Source: an uncultured Chitinophagales bacterium (lineage in GTDB: Bacteria; Bacteroidota; Ignavibacteria; UBA10030; UBA6906). Taken from it: 32,304 nt of DNA. Positions within the stretch are counted from its first letter, which is position 1. Each line of letters starts with the position of its first letter. A model generated the notes under the pieces. It worked only from the letters and a program-made list of their open reading frames with translations. It had not been told where the DNA came from and ran no database searches. Of the stretch, positions 26,632 through 32,304 are shown piece after piece. Location: assembly GCA_964550275.1 (NCBI GenBank), contig CAZJYO010000003.1, positions 1-32,304 of the forward strand, given 5' to 3'. Both the position numbers and the translations under genes were made by a program.

Positions 26632-29175
26632 TTAGATTTCAGCACGCAGGCCAAGCCGTACGCGCCTCCAAGCATCCCCAGCAGTCAGGTCGCCCAATTC
26701 TCCTCCAACCCTTCCCGCAGAATCAGCCCAACGGACGTTTCGTTCATTGAAGACATTCCTTGTGTCAAGGTAAATGTTCATGCGCAACCATGGTTTCTCA
26801 TTTGCACCAAAGCTGATTGACTTGCTGAGTTTGGCATTAAGCAAGTTGTAGTCTTCAAGCCGTGCGTTGTTCGGTTCAAACTCCATATCCGGATCATCGG
26901 GAGTGAATCCATCGCTGGAAGGATAGTAGGTGTATGGCCTCCCGCTGTGGTACACCCACGTAACCGAGAGCAACATTTCCCAGGGCAACTGTAGCAACCC
27001 GGTGGCTTTCACCGTATGGCGCTGGTCCCAGCTCAATGGATACGGTATCCCCGGCACAGCAATACCCCACTGGTAGTATTGTAGACCACCTCGTGCATTC
27101 TCGCTGATGCCCTCGGCATTCATATAGGTGTACGACAAGGACCCTGTCAGTGGCCCGCCCTCTTCACGCGCAACAGAGAGTTCAATTCCGCTTGCCAGAG
27201 CATACGGACTGTTCACAAATTCAGCGAACCCGTAATCGCCAGCCACGCGCGCATTTGTTGGGACGAAGGTTTTTACGTCGATCAGGTTTGTCGTCTCCTT
27301 GTGAAAGTAAGTTCCGGCCAAGACAATCTTGTTCTTGAGCGCGTACCGGATGCTCATCTCCCACGAGCGCGTGCGCTCAGGTTTGAGATCGGGGTTTCCC
27401 ACCAAAACACCCACTCCGCTCTTTAGGCTCGTATTGTTCAACCCTGAATACAGGTAGTCAAAGAGAGGGAACTGATAATAGACCCCGTAGTTGATAAACA
27501 GGTAACCCTGTGTGGAGAATGGAGCCGCGAAACCAATCCTCGGACTGAATAAATGCTTGACAGAAGCCGGAGTGAATCCGGTGATCCGCGTTTCGTATTC
27601 GTTACCCGGAAGAGGAACGCGCTCAGCGGTCGGGCGCTCGGCCCTCGGGTCTAAGAATTCGTATCGAAGTCCGATATTGAGAAGCATTCCGTCCTTACTC
27701 AGTTCCATCTTATCCTGAAGGTAAACGTTTCCCATGCGCGGGAAATAACGGTAATCGGTGCTGTAATTCAATAACGGTTTGTTGACAAAGGGCTTTCCAA
27801 AAACATTGACCACGGGTTCATACCGGACAATATCTGCCTCAATCTCTTGGACCGTAAACTCACCGCCAAACTTCAACACATGTTGATCGCTAACCCGCAG
27901 GGTTCCATCGGCTTTGAGCATGTTGTGCGCCTGCGAGTTCCTCGCCCACCAGGATCTGTTGCCGTCGACAATGTACTGCAGGAAAAAATCCCATTGATAT
28001 AACGTGGTATCTATTGCACCACGGTCACTGTCGTTAATTTCTCCGTTGAGTACATACCTGCTGAAACTTGCCGTGTAGAAAAAATCCTTTGAGAGCGTAT
28101 GATTGAAGAGGATTGCCCCCCGGTATCCTTCCTGCTTGCGCGCCGGCAATCCGTCAAGGTTGAATCGCCAGGTGAACTCATAGTCCTTAAACCGATTGTA
28201 GGAATAGAGGAACTGTCCGGTCAACTTCGCGACCGATGACGGTTGGTAATCCAGCTTGCCAAGGCCACTGACGGTGGTGGAAATTGGTGAATCATAAAAG
28301 TGCGACAGGTCTTGCCACCATCGAGTGTCGGTGAGAATGACATCCACACTTCCAACATAGGAGAGATTGCTGACAATGGGTCCGCTTGCAAACATGTCAA
28401 CTTCACCTCGATGATCAACTTGTTCCCCGCCCCAGAGGTCATCGGCCTCGGCACGCATCGACACCGAATGCTGTTCGCCGGGGCGTTTTGTAATCACGTT
28501 GATGACGCCCGAGAGTGCATTCCCATACTCCGCATCAAAACCGCCCGTTTGAATGGCGATGTCGGCAATCGAACTTTGTGGTGAAATGGATCCTGCTCCG
28601 CCTTCAATGAGATCTTGCACGGGCAATCCGTCGAGGAGGTATACAACTTCTGTGGTCTTCCCGCCGCGGATGTTATTCTCCGCAGTTGTACCAGGTTGGA
28701 GACCGATAATGTCAGAAACATCGCTTACCGGAAGGGCAGTGAATGTTTCGGATGTTGCGCTATATGTTGTGCCCGTTACGTCCTTTTGAATGAGTGGGGG
28801 CTCGGCAACGATTACAACATCACCGAGTTCAATGGTGGATTCCTCAAGCTCGATATCGAGAGTGGTTTTGAGATCCGGCTTTACGTACACCGACTTGGTG
28901 ATGACGGTTCTGAATCCGATAAATGAACATTGGACTTCATGGGGCCCGGCGGGAACATTGTCAATGCGGTAGAAACCATCTACATCCGTAGAAGCACCAA
29001 GCTTTGTAGAGGCGATGCTTACCGTTGCTCCAATGACCGGCTCTCCGCTTGCTTTGTCGCGAACATAACCGGCAATCCTTCCTGTTGTACCGGCCAGCGC
29101 GGTGCTTCCGAAGAACAGAATGACTGCCACGCACAGACCGTTCACCGAACCACCCTCTCTCTGTCCAAAGTCCAT
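26632..29175 (-). CDS. TonB-dependent receptor-like outer-membrane protein with N-terminal CarboxypepD_reg domain
   Basis: Signal peptide (LCVAVILFFGSTALAG). Carboxypeptidase-regulatory-like beta-sandwich (GRIAGYVRDKASGEPVIGATVSI...TDVDGFYRIDNVPAGPHEVQCSFIGF). Plug-domain blocks (DIIGLQPGT...IRGGKTTEVVYLLDGLPVQD...IAIQTGGFDAEYGNALSGVINVITK). A long beta-barrel region follows. An alternative GTG start at 29145 gives MNGLCVAV... and overlaps the upstream transposase stop as GTGA. Confidence 0.85.
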   Translation of the reverse strand: MDFGQREGGSVNGLCVAVILFFGSTALAGTTGRIAGYVRDKASGEPVIGATVSIASTKLGASTDVDGFYRIDNVPAGPHEVQCSFIGFRTVITKSVYVKPDLKTTLDIELEESTIELGDVVIVAEPPLIQKDVTGTTYSATSETFTALPVSDVSDIIGLQPGTTAENNIRGGKTTEVVYLLDGLPVQDLIEGGAGSISPQSSIADIAIQTGGFDAEYGNALSGVINVITKRPGEQHSVSMRAEADDLWGGEQVDHRGEVDMFASGPIVSNLSYVGSVDVILTDTRWWQDLSHFYDSPISTTVSGLGKLDYQPSSVAKLTGQFLYSYNRFKDYEFTWRFNLDGLPARKQEGYRGAILFNHTLSKDFFYTASFSRYVLNGEINDSDRGAIDTTLYQWDFFLQYIVDGNRSWWARNSQAHNMLKADGTLRVSDQHVLKFGGEFTVQEIEADIVRYEPVVNVFGKPFVNKPLLNYSTDYRYFPRMGNVYLQDKMELSKDGMLLNIGLRYEFLDPRAERPTAERVPLPGNEYETRITGFTPASVKHLFSPRIGFAAPFSTQGYLFINYGVYYQFPLFDYLYSGLNNTSLKSGVGVLVGNPDLKPERTRSWEMSIRYALKNKIVLAGTYFHKETTNLIDVKTFVPTNARVAGDYGFAEFVNSPYALASGIELSVAREEGGPLTGSLSYTYMNAEGISENARGGLQYYQWGIAVPGIPYPLSWDQRHTVKATGLLQLPWEMLLSVTWVYHSGRPYTYYPSSDGFTPDDPDMEFEPNNARLEDYNLLNAKLSKSISFGANEKPWLRMNIYLDTRNVFNERNVRWADSAGRVGGELGDLTAGDAWRRVRLGLRAEI

Positions 29176-29684
29176 GCGAGTACATTCTTTGTGATATATG
29201 TCCGGATGCGCGCAAGATCGCGTTCATGCCGAATGACGTGATCATAAAAGCGAGACTGCCATGCAAACGAAGGGAAACCATAACGGTGCGCACACCGGGT
29301 GACAGCAGATTTATACGAACGCACAACGACCCCAAGCGATCCCCGTTTCGGGGATATGCGGGACATCGCGGACGCATTCGTAGAGACGTTGCTTGCAACG
29401 TCTCTACGGGGATCCTCTTTGAGAATTATGATCCCGTGAATATGATTTGGCATGATCTGCATAACATCGAGGTCAACATAAGAGAGGTGGCCCGGAATTG
29501 CCCCCCAGCACGACCGCGCAATCTCCCCCAACGGCGAAAGGACCATCTCGCCGTCAACGACTCTGCCGAAACACTCCACTGCCCCTTTCGTGCAGATGGT
29601 GACGTAATACCACCATGGCCACGCGTAATCCCATTCACGCAATCTTGCGGATTCGATGCGGTATGTTTCTTTGAAGAGGGTCAT
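29142..29684 (-). CDS. REP-associated tyrosine transposase (RAYT) / IS200-IS605 TnpA-like HUH Y1 transposase
   Basis: 180 aa. N-terminal WWYYVTICTKG. HUH motif MPNHIHGIII. Also SLGVVVRSYKSAVT, WQSRFYDHVIR and a C-terminal tyrosine block RTYITKNVLAW. Size and motif order match the single-domain Y1 transposase family. Confidence 0.85.
   Translation of the reverse strand: MTLFKETYRIESARLREWDYAWPWWYYVTICTKGAVECFGRVVDGEMVLSPLGEIARSCWGAIPGHLSYVDLDVMQIMPNHIHGIIILKEDPRRDVASNVSTNASAMSRISPKRGSLGVVVRSYKSAVTRCAHRYGFPSFAWQSRFYDHVIRHERDLARIRTYITKNVLAWTLDRERVVR
29379..29408. repeat. 30-nt intragenic palindrome inside the transposase ORF
   Basis: CGTAGAGACGT-TGCTTGCA-ACGTCTCTACG. The 11-bp arms are identical to those of the external palindrome. 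It occupies exactly codons 93-102 (RRDVASNVST) of the - strand ORF. Confidence 0.9.
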
Positions 29685-29703
29685 TGTTGATACATTGTTT
29701 TAT

Positions 29704-29739
29704 CACCGTAGAGACGTAGCATGCTACGTCTCTACGGTG
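29704..29739. repeat. Perfect 36-nt REP-like palindrome
   Basis: CACCGTAGAGACGTAGCA/TGCTACGTCTCTACGGTG equals its own reverse complement. It lies between the PorV-like stop (29756) and the transposase ATG (29684). An extra direct copy of GTCTCTACGG sits at 29741-29750, 13 nt from the arm copy at 29728-29737. Confidence 0.92.
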
Positions 29740-29755
29740 AGTCTCTACGGGATAA

Positions 29756-30766
29756 TCACTTCACCACAACATTCAATCCGATTCTATGTGCAAGCCCGAA
29801 TCGTCCGAGCGAGCTTGCGGCGTAATCAAAGCTCACATCAAAGTCATCCATCGAGATTCTCGCGCCACCACCCGCAGACCAGCTGAGTTCATCCGCGTTC
29901 AGCAGATATCCCGTTCGGAATGCAACGGCATCGTACAAGCCATACTCTGCGCCGATGGCAACACGTTCCTGGGAGTCGGATTCCTGGATGAAATCAAACG
30001 CGAAGAGGAGCTTGTGGTTCGGGATTGCTTCATCAACCATGCGGAATACATCAAACGAACCGCTTGCCCGAAAGAGTAGGGGCAAGCTGAATGCAAGGGT
30101 CTGTAACTCCGCAGAGGTTTGCGGCTCGCCGGGTGTCCCGGGATCGTAGTGCACTTCCAGCGACTTTCCTGAAAACGTCTGATCGAGCCCCAAGTGCGAT
30201 ATTGAAAAACCAATCGCAAGGCTCCTAAATCCGGTGTCATAGGAAGCCCCGGCGTCGATCGCGAGGCCGCCACTTTTGAGGTCGTAAATTCGTTCCTCTA
30301 CGTGCTTGATGGTCATGGCAAATGTCAGTTGCGTCGTCAGCCGCACGGAAGAGGTCAGGCCAACGGCGAGATCAGAGGCATCGTAAAACTGACCCGTTCC
30401 TTCGGGAAGGTCAATGGTGGTAATTTCCACCTTGTCCGTTGTGAGAAAAATGGTGTGGAAGCCCAAAGCGAACTGTTCGTTTACCGGAACAACCAAACCA
30501 ATAAAGTTGTGGTCGGTTTCTGCAACCCATGGCGTGTGTTGAGCGGAGATGGAAAATTGCTCAATGGTGCCGATGCCCGCGGGGTTCCATGCGAGTGAGG
30601 CAACATCGCCGGTGACGGATGCGTACGCCCCGCCCATTCCCATTGCGCGAGCGCCAACGCCGATCTTCAGGAATTGCGCGCCGGAAGCCCCCGCGTTCTC
30701 AAAGGATTGTGCGTTGGCAGTTGCGCACAGAAGTGCAAGCAGAATGAAGGCCGAGGTTTTGTTCAT
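29756..30766 (-). CDS. PorV/PorQ-family outer-membrane beta-barrel protein (T9SS-associated)
   Basis: Signal peptide MNKTSAFILLALLCATANA|Q. N-terminal block GASGAQFLKIGVGARAMGMGGAYASVTGDVASLAWNPAGIG, which I recognise as the PorV/PorQ-type signature. Alternating beta-strand pattern through the rest. The ATG at 30766 lies 19 nt after the upstream stop. The ORF-track start at 30799 would overlap the upstream gene. Confidence 0.72.
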   Translation of the reverse strand: MNKTSAFILLALLCATANAQSFENAGASGAQFLKIGVGARAMGMGGAYASVTGDVASLAWNPAGIGTIEQFSISAQHTPWVAETDHNFIGLVVPVNEQFALGFHTIFLTTDKVEITTIDLPEGTGQFYDASDLAVGLTSSVRLTTQLTFAMTIKHVEERIYDLKSGGLAIDAGASYDTGFRSLAIGFSISHLGLDQTFSGKSLEVHYDPGTPGEPQTSAELQTLAFSLPLLFRASGSFDVFRMVDEAIPNHKLLFAFDFIQESDSQERVAIGAEYGLYDAVAFRTGYLLNADELSWSAGGGARISMDDFDVSFDYAASSLGRFGLAHRIGLNVVVK

Positions 30767-30785
30767 GGCGTTCGCGTTGTCGTGG

Positions 30786-32304
30786 TTATTTCCCCACAAT
30801 CACGGCAAATTTCTTAATGGTATTCTTGCCTTCAGACTCGATGTGTGCGAAAAGCATCTGGCTTGCCACCAGTTGTCCCAATTCCGTTGTCAGATCCCAC
30901 TCCTCGCGTGAACCGCCCTGGTGATGAATGGTCTTCACGAGATCAAGCGCTACGGTGTAGATTCGGATTGTGCATTCATCGGGCAGATAGTTGAAATAAA
31001 CACGCCTGTCATTACGCTGTGCTTCATGGCGAACAACGTAGGGATTCGGAACGATCCTGACTTTGTCAAGCATCTCGTTTGTTACTGCCTCAAAGCCGCC
31101 CGCACCGCCGGTCAGGTTCACCACGGCATTCCTCGGAAAAACCGCTCGCACACCTCCAGCCCAGACAATGTTCACCACATCTCCAATCTCGAAGTCCCGC
31201 GTCCCGCGCCTGTGCGCACTACCCCACGGGAACGGCAATCCCGGCCTTCCGGATCCAATTCCCCGATCAGGAAAGTCAAACGCGACGATTGATCCCGCCA
31301 TCGACAACACATGCCCGAACTCCCAACGGTCCCCATTTGCAAGCGTATCGATGTGGTAGTAATGGTTGTTTCTCATGGGACGTTGGAAGAAACCGTTCAC
31401 TTTAACCCCAATGGATGTAAACGTATAGTCTATGCCTGGGGTGAGTATGCTATCTGTGGCAGAGTCCACAACGCGGACATTCAGGTATTCAAAGATGAGC
31501 CCTGCGGTCCGGTCAATGGTGTCAATCCCTCCGGCAATGAACTCAACGCGCACGGCCCGTTGCGAATTTGTGTAGGGAGTTATGGTGCGGATTCCCGTGT
31601 AGTTGAGTGAGTCACGGATGAGCACAGGAGTGTCCGCGCCGCCCGAAGATTGGATAACTGGAGGTTCAATGTGGAATGAATCAGCAAGCTGTTCGAACCT
31701 GTAAGGCAATTCGATGTCCGATGCACCGAGCGCGAAGATGTTTTCAATCCGCAGGATACCTTCCTTTATTCCTGCCGTTGCAGGGGAACCATGCACAAAC
31801 AGATTCGGGTCAAGGATGGTGTTCTGCACTTGACCACTAACACTGTCTCTCACGGTCACCGGCATGGTGTAGCGCTCTCCATCCGTGGATGCAGTAATTG
31901 AAAGCGTAACCGTTTTTCCGCTCAGGAGCGTGTTGAAGTTGGTGACGTTCAACGGTTTGAAGTAGGGCTCTCCAACGTCGCCCAACGTCCCGGACGCAAG
32001 GATGCCAACGCCGCCACCCGCTGGAATGACACTGAGAGCATTCATGCCGTTAACAGCATCGGACTCCATCGGATCAAGTTTGAGCTGTGGAGATCCTTCA
32101 TCGAAGGCGAGAAGTCTGTAGTAATAGCGCACATTGTTTTTGAGCCCGCCGATATCTTCGCCCCTGTCAATAAATTCATAGATAAGAAGTGTGTCCTGCA
32201 CCCAACGGCCGATCTGCGCGAATGGACCATCTTCACTCACTGCGCGCAGAAGCCGATACCCGCGGAATGGCTTCCCGAGACTATCTGGTATGATGTCATC
32301 AACG
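30786..32304 (-). CDS. Large secreted protein, 5' truncated, with FN3-like module and T9SS C-terminal sorting domain
   Basis: The frame stays open from the ORF-track GTG (32240) to the window edge (…VDDIIPDSLGKPFRGYRLLRAVSEDG…), so the gene continues upstream. FN3-like segment YEFIDRG...NNVRYYYRLLAFDEG. The C-terminal ~85 aa are VRIVPNPYVV...RVYFNYLPDECTIRIYTVALDLVKTI...EEWDLT...GQLVASQMLFAHIESEGKNTIKKFAVIVGK. This matches the pattern of a Por-secretion C-terminal domain. The central ~350 aa belong to no family I recognise. Confidence 0.7.
   Translation of the reverse strand, partial: VDDIIPDSLGKPFRGYRLLRAVSEDGPFAQIGRWVQDTLLIYEFIDRGEDIGGLKNNVRYYYRLLAFDEGSPQLKLDPMESDAVNGMNALSVIPAGGGVGILASGTLGDVGEPYFKPLNVTNFNTLLSGKTVTLSITASTDGERYTMPVTVRDSVSGQVQNTILDPNLFVHGSPATAGIKEGILRIENIFALGASDIELPYRFEQLADSFHIEPPVIQSSGGADTPVLIRDSLNYTGIRTITPYTNSQRAVRVEFIAGGIDTIDRTAGLIFEYLNVRVVDSATDSILTPGIDYTFTSIGVKVNGFFQRPMRNNHYYHIDTLANGDRWEFGHVLSMAGSIVAFDFPDRGIGSGRPGLPFPWGSAHRRGTRDFEIGDVVNIVWAGGVRAVFPRNAVVNLTGGAGGFEAVTNEMLDKVRIVPNPYVVRHEAQRNDRRVYFNYLPDECTIRIYTVALDLVKTIHHQGGSREEWDLTTELGQLVASQMLFAHIESEGKNTIKKFAVIVGK

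Larger units (their letters stand above)
29142..29752 (-). mobile_element. RAYT gene plus upstream REP-like palindrome (domesticated or relic IS200-like unit)
   Basis: The transposase ORF has a perfect 36-nt palindrome and an extra half-site 20-68 nt upstream of its ATG. No matching palindrome lies on the 3' side, where the receptor gene starts immediately. Confidence 0.5.

Noticed and set aside
26575-26820. 81-aa + strand ORF spanning the intergenic region and the 3' end of the receptor gene.
   Set aside because: It is antisense to the conserved C-terminal barrel strands of the receptor, has no recognisable motif and no start context.
29226-29690. 154-aa + strand ORF antisense to the transposase, containing RRDVACNVST. 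Also the + ORF 29656-29886, containing RRDVACYVST.
   Set aside because: The shared peptide is simply the mirror translation of the palindromes. The ORFs have no other features and lie opposite well-supported genes.
30786-32304. Possibility that the CTD protein upstream of the PorV-like gene is the T9SS sortase PorU (porU-porV synteny is conserved in Bacteroidota).
   Set aside because: The 506 visible residues contain a single Cys, located inside the CTD (PDECTIRIY), and no gingipain/C25-like His/Cys catalytic blocks. The peptidase domain could lie upstream of the window, so this is unsupported rather than excluded.

Overview
The window looks like it comes from a diderm bacterium of the FCB group. 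That placement is an inference from a T9SS-type C-terminal sorting domain, a PorV/PorQ-like barrel and a CarboxypepD_reg-TonB-dependent receptor. There are three blocks. (1) 1-9356, + strand: housekeeping genes yidC (5' partial)-mnmE-mnmG-rsmG-murQ-mfd. (2) 9396-26449, + strand: a complete, tightly packed division/cell-wall (dcw) cluster, mraZ-rsmH-ftsL-ftsI-murE-murF-mraY-murD-ftsW-murG-[unknown 2-TM ORF]-murC-ftsQ-ftsA-ftsZ. It is preceded by a promoter-like element and three phased GTGGG repeats (MraZ-box-like). (3) 26632-32304, - strand: an accessory block with a large 5'-truncated secreted protein carrying a T9SS CTD, a PorV/PorQ-like barrel, a perfect 36-nt REP-like palindrome, a RAYT/IS200-like HUH Y1 transposase gene, and a CarboxypepD_reg-TonB-dependent receptor. 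No rRNA, tRNA or CRISPR array was seen. Five observations are most worth a second look. First, an out-of-frame second copy of the ftsZ C-terminal-peptide coding sequence lies 43 nt downstream and differs mostly by synonymous changes. Second, a 30-nt palindrome fills exactly 10 codons of the transposase and shares 11-bp arms with the external REP-like palindrome. Third, an uncharacterised membrane ORF is embedded between murG and murC. Fourth, FtsI carries two PASTA domains. Fifth, the cargo-PorV-like-receptor gene string is interrupted by the transposase. All functional calls come from motif recognition by eye. No database search was run.
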